A stretch of 64,000 nt of DNA from the human T2T-CHM13v2.0 reference genome, Homo sapiens. The stretch's first letter is position 1; the number at the start of each line of letters is the position of its first letter. The notes beneath the pieces were generated by a model. That model did not search any database. It was not told the DNA's origin and saw only the letters and a list, made by a program, of their open reading frames with translations. Below are positions 30,554 to 43,075 of the stretch, in pieces. The position numbers and the translations under genes were made by a program. The DNA lies in NCBI RefSeq assembly GCF_009914755.1, contig NC_060926.1; one strand, 5' to 3'.

Positions 30554-31129
30554 CTCTGGAAATTTATTACCATCTTGTTGAAGCTAGGGTATTTCTATGG
30601 TTTTGAATACCTGGGAAATTAATTCCTAATGTTTTGAGATAGTAACTCCCCTCCAAGATATTTTTATGATCAGTGGAAATGTATTTTATAGCCCACAACA
30701 TAACTTCTAGTATCAGTTGTGTGTGATCATTATAATCTTGAAGAATTACGATTAGTGGTCATAGCAGTGGTATGAAAGGGCTTGGAGAAAATATCACTGA
30801 ATGGTCTCAATCATACTTTTAGACCATTTCTACAGTTCACTTCCCATTTACTCTGCAAGCAGTAAAGCAGTCTGGCTCCCAGCCCTCTACTCCCACCCTT
30901 TAACCTCTCTATTGGAAGTGTCTTGAGAAACCAATCAGTGACCTGTGATGTTAACTCCAATCCCTTTTTCTTGCAAATCTCTTTACTATAATCTTGGCCT
31001 TTGTAACACTACTTTATCCTAGAGACAGGTAGGTAGGAATTTTACTATCTTTTTTTCTGAACTTTGTAATGGCCTCCTAAGTTATTTCATTGCCTCTTTC
31101 TTTTCCAATATATCCTTCACATTGTCACA

Positions 31130-31340
31130 GCACAGAAGGCAACATGGTACAATGAGAAGATCACAGCCCTTGAAGCCAATAAGACCTAGGTTTACATCTC
31201 AGCTCTGCCACATAAGTGACTGAATGCTGACCCTCAAGTTCAACATGACATCCCTTAACTGTGGTAATTTATGACTGGAGTTGTTTTTGAAATCAAACAT
31301 AATAATACCTATAAAGTGGCCTGAACATGGTATAAAGTCA
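31130..31340 (+). mobile_element. MIR fragment within L2 remnants
   Basis: 'agacctaggtttacatctcagctctgccac'. Confidence 0.5.
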
Positions 31341-31879
31341 TTTCAATTTCTGAAGAACGAACCCAGTTATGAACACATCTCTCTTCCATTAGTTATACAA
31401 TAAATTCCAGACTCCTCAGCCTGGTATGCCTGGCCCTGCACAGGTGACTGCTTCTTTTCAGTCTTAGCTTCTATGCCATCATACATGCTCTGAAAACACA
31501 GATGGGCTTGTTTCCTTCCACATGTGGCCTCCCAGCTATGCCTATGTGTGTGTATATAGTGCTCTCACTGTAATATATTCTGTCCTCCTGTCGGAATGGC
31601 AGACTTCCAATTTATTCTTCAGGGCCCTAATCTAATATTACCTCCCAGTCCTTTGCCCTCATTCTAATAGATTTTGAACAACTTATGCTATTGAAGTGAT
31701 TTCCTATCCTTGATGATTTGGCCCTTCACATCCTGGAATTTGCCAACATGTGAATCTGTGGCTCCATTTCTCAAGAAGTAGATAAACTATAGGACCAGCT
31801 CACTTTCCTTAGGGGCTGTTTACCCTGCTTTCAAAAGCATGATATTTCATTTTAAGAACATAAACTTCAGTTAAAACTC

Positions 31880-32345
31880 ATTGTGATAATTCTTGGTACT
31901 GGTGAAGATGTGGTAAGATAAGCATTCCATAGCACTTATGATGGAAATGCAAATTTTAGTATCTTTGGGGAATCCAGTCTGTCAATATATATCTGAGTAG
32001 ATACTTAAAATACTTATACCTTTTGATCCAGTGATTTTATTTTTAAAAATAAACTTAAAGAAAATATATTTATATATAAACATGTTTATCATGTATAGTA
32101 AAAAAATTGAATGGAATTTAATAATCAAAACAGTTTTTTAGTTACATAAATTATATCCATACCATAGAATAATAAACAGTGATTAAAATGTACATGTATA
32201 AAGAGTTTTTAATGAGAGAAAAACCTTATGATATAATATTAAATACAAAATTCGAATACAAAGACAGACTTTCAATATGACCATTACTGTATTCAATATG
32301 TACCTAGAAAAGAGACTGAAAAGAAATATACTGAAATGTTTGTGA
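31880..32345 (+). mobile_element. Ancient L1ME-like 3' fragment
   Basis: 'tggtgaagatgtgg...tggaaatgcaaatt...ccttttgatccagtgatt...ccataccatagaata'. Confidence 0.55.
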
Positions 32346-32346
32346 T

Positions 32347-32710
32347 TCTATTAGTCAGGGTTGACTACCTGCTTAATAAACAACCTCTGAGTCTCTGTGG
32401 CTTAACACTAAAGGTTAATTTCTTGTTCATGTCACAGTACAATGCAAGGTTGGAAGGTGGCTCTTCATGTAATTATCTGAGGACCTAGACTCCTTCCTTC
32501 TTTTAAAGACTGACTTACTTTATGTATTCACTGGGCAAGTGAAGGAAGGAGGTTTCAGAGGCATGGCCTGGAATTGAGACACATCACTTCCATCCACATA
32601 CCACTGGGCAGCAGAGCTCAGTCACATGAACCCAACTAACTGCAAAATATTGAGAACTATATTCCCAACAGAAAGAAAAGGAACTTGAGTATTGACAGCA
32701 CTAGCATTGT
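32347..32710 (-). mobile_element. Old MLT1 (J/K-like) LTR
   Basis: 'ttagtcagg...tggcttaacac...tttcttgttcatg...catcacttc...ctcagtcacatg'. Confidence 0.5.
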
Positions 32711-33214
32711 CTTCCTCATCTCTAAGAGGAAATCTAATAATTACTGTTTCATTTTTCTGCATTTTCCAATTATTCCCCAGTACTATGTATTACAAGAGAA
32801 AAATGTATATCTAGAAGCCCTCAAAGTTTTAAAAGAGGGAACTCCTTTAATTTCCACCGTGTAAATTTACACTGCCTAAAGTATTTCCTTGGACATTCAA
32901 AAGGTTAAATTTGGTTCAAGCAAAAGTTGCTGTTGTAAGATTTCACAACACTGCAAAAAGAAATTCAATGCAGTATGAACAGCCTTTTGATTCAGCTAAT
33001 GATATTAAAATATGTAAATACATGGAGAAGCACATTGATTATCCCCACATTCATCAAATGTTTTTAATAAAATAGGGTGTTGTAAATCTAACTTTAAATT
33101 ATGTTTTTAGTAGAAAGAGATGAGAGGTGGAGATGTCTGAGATCCACATTGGTGGACGTTAAACTCTTCCCTGTAGGCACCCTTTCTATAGTTTATAGCT
33201 CCCAAATTGTCTTT

Positions 33215-33240
33215 ATTGTTGATCACATCAGCACTCTTCT
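33215..33240 (+). repeat. 26-bp direct repeat, copy 1
   Basis: attgttgatcacatcagcactcttct, identical to 34114-34139. Confidence 0.95.
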
Positions 33241-33404
33241 TGGTTGTGGATAGAGAATAAGTAGAGAGAGAGGATGTTGGAGACCTACATGGCCACTTTC
33301 TTCAGCCCTTTCCTTCAATGTCCTGAGGCCAGCATATGTTCTGGATAGTATTAAAAATCTTGTTGCCCAGACTGTCAGGGTGCTGGCAATATTTATTTAT
33401 TTAT

Positions 33405-33476
33405 TTCCTTCCTTCCTTCCTTCCCTCCCTCTCTCCTTCCCTCTTTCCTTCCTTCCTCACTTCCTTCCTTCCTTCC
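33405..33476. repeat. (TTCC)n-like simple repeat
   Basis: Visible pyrimidine tract. Confidence 0.85.
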
Positions 33477-33659
33477 ACCCAATCACCTATGCAAGAGACA
33501 TTGATTAAAAATCTACACTGACCCAGGAACTACACAATATAACTCTATTTTTTGTTCTCTATTTTTATTTGTTACGTGATGAATGAAAGTCTTTCTCGAT
33601 ATGTATATTGGAGAGCCAGTATGGTGACAAAAATTCTTCCTATTTGCTCTAGAACAGCC

Positions 33660-34116
33660 ACACTGGGGAAAGTTGCACTAAAAAGTTTGCCGGTTAAAAG
33701 AATGAAAAGATGAGCCACAGACTGGGAGAAAATATTTGCAAAACACATATCTGATAATGGTTTGATATACAAAATATATAAAGAACTCTTAAAACTCAAC
33801 AGTAAGAAAGCAAACAGTCCCGTGAAAAAGTGGGTAAGAGATATGACCAGACACCCCACAAGAGAAGCTATACAGATGGCAAACAAGTATATGACAAGAT
33901 ACTCAACATTATATGTCACATTAGGGAATCACAGATTAAAACAACAATGTGGTGCCACTGTACACCTATTAGAATGGCTAAAATCCAAAACATTGACAAC
34001 ACCAAAGGCTAGCCAGGATGTGGAACAACAGGAATCTCATTCATTGCTGGTGGGGATGCAAAACGGTACAGTCTCTTTTGAAGACACTTTAGCAATTTCT
34101 TATAAAACTAAACATT
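33660..34116 (+). repeat. Inverted duplication 1, right arm (L1MC-derived copy with no tail or TSD)
   Basis: Shares unusual sequence variants with 30095-30553; both translate REAIQMANKYMTRYSTLYVTLGNHRLKQQCG. Confidence 0.93.
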
Positions 34117-34139
34117 GTTGATCACATCAGCACTCTTCT
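34114..34139 (+). repeat. 26-bp direct repeat, copy 2, overlapping the arm end by 3 nt (att)
   Basis: Identical to 33215-33240. Confidence 0.95.
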
Positions 34140-35713
34140 GATCCTGCTCAGACTGCTGAGTGGAAGTAACATTCTTTTGCTTATTATTTTATAGTATTTG
34201 AGGATAGACCTACTCTGACAGATGGTTGCTTTCCCTTTTATGCACACATCTGCCTCAAACCTCTTATTCTCGGGGCTGAAAAAACTGTAGCATAATAGTT
34301 TTTTAAAAAATCAAGCTAAAACTAGCAGGTCTAACACAAGGTAATTACTTCTCAAAATAACACACCTTGCAACTAGGAAGTCTCAGAAAGACTCTAAACA
34401 GCCATAGCCAGCCCATTACCCTCAATGTATTTGGGGATAAAAGAGCCTCAGTAAATACAGGGCGTATGAGCCATTGACTTTGCCATCCCATGCCTGTCAG
34501 GCTGGTGGAGTATTGACAGAGGAGCTGCAGCCAGTGATGTTATTGTGCTAGCAGAAGAACTGGTCATGTCCTCATGCTGACCCAACCATGATCTTTCTAC
34601 ACTTATTAGAATCTGCTTTCACAGTAGTTCACAGGTATCCTTCAGTCCCAGATTGTTAAAGGAAAATGTGTCTAGAACAAAAGTCCTAAAGAAGAAATTG
34701 AATTAACAACTCATTTCATTCTATAATACTCCAGTTAAAATGAAGAAACTCTCATTTTTTTTGCCCTTCTCAGTTTATCACATTGAGAAATACAGATTGC
34801 TAGTCTATACCAACCATGGGTTATTAGCATTTCACAATCATTAACATTTCATTACCCTTTTTTCTTCTCAGTACAAAATGTCACTGGAAATATATGTGAA
34901 ATATTTAGGAATCTTGTATAAAATATATAAAAGAACATGAAAAATATGAACATTTAAGGATAAGAGGAGCAAAGCACTTCTCAAAATGTCTTGTTAGTTT
35001 CCTATTTGAATTCTAAACTCTTGGTTAGATGCTTAAGTCAATCCTGCCTAACTGAATGTGATTTTCCACCTCTCCATCCCTGCCCAGTATTGCATATCTG
35101 CTATCTACATTCACATATTTATGTAGTTGGCTGTGTCTGCAGAACCTGGAGATTCTGGACATAGGATTTTATTATATGTGTTTGGGATTATTGAATCACC
35201 CACTCCACATTATATTAAAGTCAAGAACATTGGATTTTCTAAATTGGTTTTGAAATAGATAAAATTTTCTAGGTATTTCAATGACCCTCTCCTTTGTCTA
35301 GGAGACTCAGGGATTTGCTCACTAGTTATGCTGATGGCTTTATTGAGTGCACACAAGTTAAGTTATGCACTATATGAAAAAGTTACTTTAGATTCAGTCC
35401 CTGACCAGCAGTCTCATAGCCTTTATTTAATACTGGCACTTAAAAGCAAACAAAATTAACTGCACTTTTACTGAAATATAATTGCTATTGTATAATGGAA
35501 AGGAAATTATGTTTTTTTCCTTTTCTATCAGCATTGCTTGGTGGTGATAATTTTGACCATGCAGTGAGAGAAATAAAAGATGCCTATTTTATGAAAGCAT
35601 TTTTCAGTAATACAAGTATGTCCATTTTAAGTGAGAAAGTGATTTTTGGGACTAGAATTAACCACATGATATTTGAGTTGAGTATCAATGCCCACTATTT
35701 GAGGCTACTGCTT

Positions 35714-36822
35714 TGTTGCAGGAAGTCAGGGACCCCGAATGGAGGGACCGGCTGAAGCCATGGCAGAAGAATATAAATTGTGAAGATTTCATGGACATTT
35801 ATTAGATCCCCAAATTAATACTTTCATAATTTCTTACACCTGTCTTTACTGTAATCTCTGAACATAAATTGTGAAGATTTCACGGACACTTATCACTTCC
35901 CCAGTCAATACCCTTGTGATTTCTTATGCCTGTCTTTACTTTAATCTCTTAATTCCGTCATTTTCATAAGCTGAGGAGGATGTATGTTGCCTCAGGACCC
36001 TGTGATGATTGCATTAACTGCACACATTGTTTGTAGAGCATGTGTGTTTGAACAATATGAAATCTGGGCACCTTGAAAAAAGAACAGGATAACAGCAACG
36101 TTCAGGGAACAAGAGAGATAACCTTAAACTCTGACCGCCGGTGAGCCAGGCAGAACAGAGCCATATTTCTCTTCTTTCAAAAGCAAATGGGAGAAATATC
36201 ACTGAATTCTTTTTCTCAGCAAGGAACATCCCTGAGAAAGAGAATGCATCCCTGAGGGTGGGTCTCTAAAATGGCCCCCATGGGTGCAGCCGTCTTTTAT
36301 GGTCGAGCTGTAGGGATGAAATAAGCCCCAGTTTCCCATAGTGCTCCCAGGCTTATTAGGACGAGGAAATTCCCGCCTAATAAATTTTGGTCAGAACGGT
36401 TGTCTGCTCTCAAACCCTGTCTCCTGATAAGATGTTATCAATGACAATGTGTGCCCGAAACTTCATTAGCAATTTTAATTTCGTCCCGGTCCTGTGGTCC
36501 TGTGATCTCGCCCTGCCTCCATTTGCCTTGTGATATTCTATTACCTTGTGAAGCACGTGATCTCTGTGACCCACACCCTATTCGTACACTCCCTACCCTT
36601 TTGAAATCACTAATAAAAACTTGCTGGTTTTGCATCTTGTGGGGCATCACGGAACCTACCGACATGTCATATCTCCCCTGGACGCCCAGCTTTAAAATTT
36701 CTCTCTTTTGTACTCTGTCCCTTTATTTCTCAAACCGGCTGATGCTTAGGGAAAATAGAAAAGAACGTACGTGAAATATCGGGGGTGAATTTTGCCCGAT
36801 ATCTGGCTGAATTTCCCCAATA
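35714..36822 (+). mobile_element. MER11 (probably MER11B) solo LTR of HERV-K11/HML-8
   Basis: Starts TGTTGCAGGAAGTCAGGGACCCCGAA; internal repeat ataaattgtgaagatttca; 1109 bp; perfect 6-bp TSD ctgctt typical of betaretroviral integration. Confidence 0.92.
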
Positions 36823-37028
36823 CTGCTTCTCAGTGAGATTCAAGTTATGTGGGAGACCAATATCCAATCATTTACTCCAAAAAAGTCTCTGATCTGCTCA
36901 TAGCATCATTTTCTAATAACAATGTGAGAGATAGATTTATAAACTGTTCAGGAAGACTAACACGAGTCCCTGTTGGAGCTGAGAGACTGGGATAGGAATA
37001 ACTGGCACTTTTTTTTTTTTTTCTTTTA

Positions 37029-37310
<282 letters not shown>

Positions 37311-37524
37311 TTATGCATTTTCTTATTTTCTCTGTATTCTCTTGAGACGACAGCTCCAGTCATTAGAAAATGTAAACTCAGCTTTCCTTTTTACCTTTGG
37401 TTAAAAAAAATAAAAAAGTATTCACAGTTCTCTTCACAACTAGGCTGGCTTACTTTGGCCTGTGTTTTTATTTGCTCTTTTCTCCCCTATGTTGCCTTCT
37501 TTGTGCCCTGTTTTTCCCTTTCTG

Positions 37525-37800
37525 CTTCTTCTGAGTCACATGTTGACGTAACTCAGTGTGAAGCCTGGGGTTTGAGAAGATGTGGACGCCAAGTCCAGGT
37601 ACACAGAGATTTTTGTCTGATAACACCACATACACTCCGCCTGCAGACTTCCTACATTGGAAACATCGCATTTTCAAACGCCAATTTGCCAAGCAGGTTG
37701 GCTGTGAATGTGCCTGCCTTCTGCTGCTTGTCGATGTGAGGCTGACTCGCTCCATTCCTCTAACTCTTGGGCTTCATTCGTGATTTAGCCACACTGATAA
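37525..37800. promoter_or_regulatory. Candidate enhancer (motif-dense, CpG-retaining unique sequence)
   Basis: AP-1 TGAGTCA (37532), E-box CACATG, CRE-like TGACGTAA (37544), two CTGATAA GATA sites, about 8 CpGs in 250 bp; motifs only. Confidence 0.35.
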
Positions 37801-39483
37801 ATATAGCTTCTTTTTGAAGTAGAGAGTCTAGATTTTTTTTCTCTCAGGCTTTAAAAAAATGGATTGCTTTATTCCAAACTTTATTTTTGATGAAATACAA
37901 CTCACAACTCATCTTGGAAAAAAAAGCTCTTCAAATTTTGAACTGTTGAAAGTTTGAGTCTGAGGTGATATGACATGTTTTTGATCATTCAATAACTTTA
38001 TTTCCTTTCTTCTCGATTGCTTCACAAGTTGGAAGTTACATGCACCTAATACCACTGTTCCTATTTGATGTTCTCAGATGTGAACAGGGGTGATGCTTCA
38101 ATCCTTAATTAAATCTCCTCTTGCCCAAGCTCACTTCTACATTTTTACTAAGTTCTTTTCTATTCTATTTATAGTTTATGTATGTCTGAATTACATAGAA
38201 TGTATGAGAGGGAAAGAAACATAATAGAGAAAATAAAGAGATACAAAGGAAAGAATAAAGTGAATGAAAAGACAATTCAAAGGGGGTGAGAATCTGAGCA
38301 ATGGGTAGGAAATTTTAAGAAGAAATGGAATAGGGTTTCTACCTAAGAATATGAAATATTTCACTAGGTGTAGTTAGACAACTTGGCTTCTTTCATGAAA
38401 CAAAACATAAAACTGGTATGTTTTCATAAAGAAATGTTCCATATTTTAAGACTGCCAAAAGATGACACCCACACATGCCGGTGGAATTTGGTAACATTTA
38501 ACTGTGTGAAAACAAGAGGTCTCAAAGATAATGATTCAGAGTCGGCAGAGTGTTTATTTATCTTTGATTTAGAAAAGACATTGTCTGTTATTTGGCTGTA
38601 GATATGTCTTAAGGACTCTTTTAGGTGTGGTCTTGCTGAAACCAAGAGCTTAAGGCAAAAACAGACATGCTTTCCCCTTTTTGATGTTCATGCTGCACCA
38701 AAATACACCTAACATCTATGGTCTATGCTGGGAGACCCTCCATGATCACTTAACTTTAAATAGACAGATGGATAAATAGATGGTACTTGCTCTTACTCAG
38801 CACTGGTCAAATTTTTACAAGAATGTACTTTCCAGCTTGGAGCTCCACATCTTAAGAGAACTCTAACATTTGGGAAAGATTCAGAAGAGACTGTGAATGT
38901 TGATGAGAGGGTTGGAAAATGGAACTTATAAGAAAGAGTTAAAGAAATTGGAATTGCTTTTCTTGGAGAAGAGAAGTAACCTGGTAACAGTCTTCCCATT
39001 TTTGAAGTTACATAATATACATGATGATTGCCAAGTGTTTTCCTTCTCTATCAAAGAACATCAGAGGTCAAGTGCTCACACTGCATATATCACATATAAG
39101 GAAAACTTGTTGCTTGTGGTGGTGGTAGTGTTAAAAAGATAAACTGGTAACCATTGGCTTTGTAAAAACTTTTCTGGAATTACTTAAATATTGGATAGTT
39201 TTTTGGTCTCATATTTTCTGAGGATTGGAAGATAATACTTATGTCATAGTTCTTAATGCATCATGATTTATAAGTCTATAAGAACAAAAATGTATTTTAA
39301 AGAAATAAGTGTAGATAATGGCCCAAGATTCATAGAATCTATAATTTACTTTCCGTTAAATAAGTGAAACCAAGACAGGAGATGTGGTTTCCATAGTGAC
39401 TTTAGGAGTAAACATTTTAGTGTGATACTCTGATTTCTTAAAAAAACACTGCTGCTAATTGACATAAGGAAAGGTAAAATCAA

Positions 39484-39509
<26 letters not shown>
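39484..39509. repeat. (GT)13 microsatellite
   Basis: Direct observation. Confidence 0.95.
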
Positions 39510-39515
<6 letters not shown>

Positions 39516-39635
39516 TACAATAGATACTATGTATAATAATACAATATACAATAGATATATGTATGCTAAGTTATATGGCCACCTAAGAACCTCAGTTAGA
39601 ATTTTATTTTTTAAAAAAAGAGAAAAACCCCAGAG

Positions 39636-39786
39636 CTCTTTCTTTTCTTTCTTTTTCTCTTTCTTGCTTTCTTTCTCTTTCTGTCTCTCTTCCTTCCTCT
39701 TCCTTCCTTTTTTCTCTGTCTTTCTTTTTCTTTCTCTCCCTTTTCCTTCCTTCCTTCCTTCCTTTCTTTCCTTCTTTCTTTCTTCC
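39636..39786. repeat. CT-rich polypyrimidine low-complexity tract
   Basis: About 150 bp of nearly pure C/T. Confidence 0.9.
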
Positions 39787-40498
39787 AACTAAGTTTATTC
39801 TTCTAGTGATCCCCAAGTAGATATGCTGCTATGCAAAACTCCTTGTGTGAACCAATATACTTTAAATATTCCTCATGTTCCCAGGTTGTAAAATAAGCTG
39901 ATCAATTCAATAATAAAACAATTTGAATGTCTATCTACTCTATAGTCACTGGTGATGTTGGTTATTTGGTTACCTCAATGAAGAAATAAAACTCATTGAA
40001 TTCTTTGGCAAATTTCTACTTTTTGTAGTGCTAGGATCATAGAAACATAGTCTCATGATTCATCTGCATTTTAAGCTCTAATAGAACACATCACATTTTA
40101 GGGGGAAAATCAATTTTCACCTAATGTTAGCAAAAATGAGATTAAATATTGCACTTATCAAAAATAGCATTATGTGTTTTCCATGATGCAGGGCTATATT
40201 TATGTTTTGGTTTTTAATCATACAAATGCATTGTATTCTGTTTTCAGTTCCACTCTTATCACTAGAAGCATTTCTTTGTGCTGAGTAGAACTACAAATAT
40301 ACACATAATTCTCTATGAGTAGGCACAAACAGCTTTGCTTTTAAAATTTTGGCAGCAAATCATCTGCTATGAAAACATGGTTTAATAATTTCTGGTGGAA
40401 ATATATTAATACCACAGGCTTTCAGATTAAGTCATAAAAAGAAAGGTTTAGATTTTTGTCTTTCACATTTTATTTTAGAAAAAAGACATACCACACAG

Positions 40499-40799
<301 letters not shown>

Positions 40800-41169
40800 T
40801 TATTTAATATAGTGGTTTTGCTTAGATGCTCACTTTTGAAAGTTATTTAATTGGGGGGAATGAAAAATGTTTTAAAACTTTATTGTGGACATTTTCAAAC
40901 ATTCAGAAAAGCAGATAGGATGGTGTAATGAACTCTTATCACCCATCATTCAACATTTATTAACACTCTGCATTCCCACTTTACTTACCCCTACCTCTCT
41001 CCCTTAAAACAAACATACAAACAAACAAACAATAACTTTACTGGAGCTTAAATGCACTTAAACTTCCTTTGGGAATTAGTGATATTTTTGTCAGTGTCTA
41101 AAATGTAAGCATTTTTATTAGTCAATTTATTCATAATTTTATACTAACATTTTGCTACAGAATACTGAG

Positions 41170-41660
41170 TATATTAATTTCCTGTGACTGCTGTAACAAA
41201 TGACCACAAACCTAGTTGCTTACACCACCACCAACTTATTATCTTATAGTTTTGGAGGTCAGAAGTCTGAAATGTGTCTCAGTGGGCTAAAATCAAGGTG
41301 TCAACAGCAATGTGTTACCTTCTGGAGGCTCTAGGGAGAATCTCTTTTCTTGCCTTTTCTGGCTTGTAAAGGCTGCCTGAATTTCATGGTCTCCTCCATC
41401 TTCAAAACCAGCAATTGTCAGTTAAGTCCTTCTCACATAGCATTACTTTAACTCTTCCTTTTCTGCCTTTCTTTTTCTCTTATAAAGACCCTTCTGATTA
41501 CATTGGGCCCAACTGGAAAATCTCATCTTTAGGTCAGCTAATGAGCAACATTAATTCCATCTGTAACTACCATTTACTTTTGCCAAGTAACCTAACATAG
41601 TCATAGGTTCTGAGCATTAGGATACCGACATCTTTTGGGGCCATTATTTTGCCTACCACG
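41170..41660 (-). mobile_element. MLT1C/D MaLR LTR
   Basis: 'ctgctgtaacaaatgaccacaaac...ggctaaaatcaaggtgtc...ggggccattattttgcctaccac'. Confidence 0.8.
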
Positions 41661-41822
41661 TAGGGCATATTTTATATTGATTTGCAAATATACATTTATG
41701 TCTTTCATGTGAAATGTATAATATAGATTTAACAGTCATAGAGAAATAGCAAAGAAGTATTTTACCATATTCTTTGGGTTGAGTCCACATCTAATTATGT
41801 GGCCTGATTATTCTTTAACTCA

Positions 41823-42214
<392 letters not shown>

Positions 42215-42924
42215 TGACCACGGAACAGATCAATTACAGTAGAATAGTTTACGCAGGTGGAAGGGCCTTCTGACCAGGAATCTTAACATCACAATCTATA
42301 CATTTATTTATCCTAGAGTATGTCTGTAGCTCTGTTACCTAGGATGCCTCAGCCAACTGAAATGATAGGTACTTTCTCTCCGGCTTCACAACTTTGTCTT
42401 CCACAGACTGCCCTAGGCCCCCATGCCATGCCCAGACACTTATTTTCCCTTCATTGTGTTCCCTAATATTATGGTCAGTGGGGAGGCCTCTTAGATTTGC
42501 CTTACAGTGAAGAGGGATGGTGTAATTTCACTGTTGCCACTAGCCATAAAGTTGCAGACAGAGAGGCTACAGATGTGGAGCAGATGTGCATAATGATCAT
42601 TTAAAAAATTCTTTGTATAGCTCTCATAAAAAAGTGACTGTGATAAATGTTTGTGTTTGGTGCTCACATTCTATTCTATTATTTAAACAGAATCATTAAC
42701 TTGTTTGTACTTTACAATCTATTTTTATTTGCACTAAAAACTATTTATTACTACATTATTTCTCTTGAGCTTGGGAGGATGACAGCTTTGCCCTCCCTCC
42801 CAATTTAGGATGAATTCATTTACCTTTCTCTTTTTCTGTTCTAGACGGAGTTGTTCCAAAGGATGGGGAAACACCTTCCTTGAAAGGAGCATATCTCATG
42901 GAGGCAGCATCAGCATTAGAACCA

Positions 42925-43075
42925 GGTGAAATCTGAGCCCAGACACTCGATCTAGTTAATTTCTCTGAGCCTTCATTTCTTATTTGCAAAATGGGACTAA
43001 CAATATAATCCATAAAGTTTCTGTGAGAAAATGCAGGGATAATTATAGAAAGCAGGTAGTGCTGTATCTGGTGGA
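42925..43075 (+). mobile_element. MIR fragment
   Basis: 'gttaatttctctgagccttcatttcttatttgcaaaatggg' core. Confidence 0.65.

Noticed and set aside
30054-34121. Twin-priming L1 inversion or two independent L1 insertions as the explanation for inverted duplication 1
   Set aside because: Twin priming gives adjacent, non-overlapping inverted pieces within one TSD pair. Here the same 460 bp is present twice, 3.1 kb apart, with shared flank.
39480-39816. Lys/Glu/Arg-rich and Phe/Leu/Ser-rich ORFs
   Set aside because: Translations of the CT-rich and GT microsatellites.
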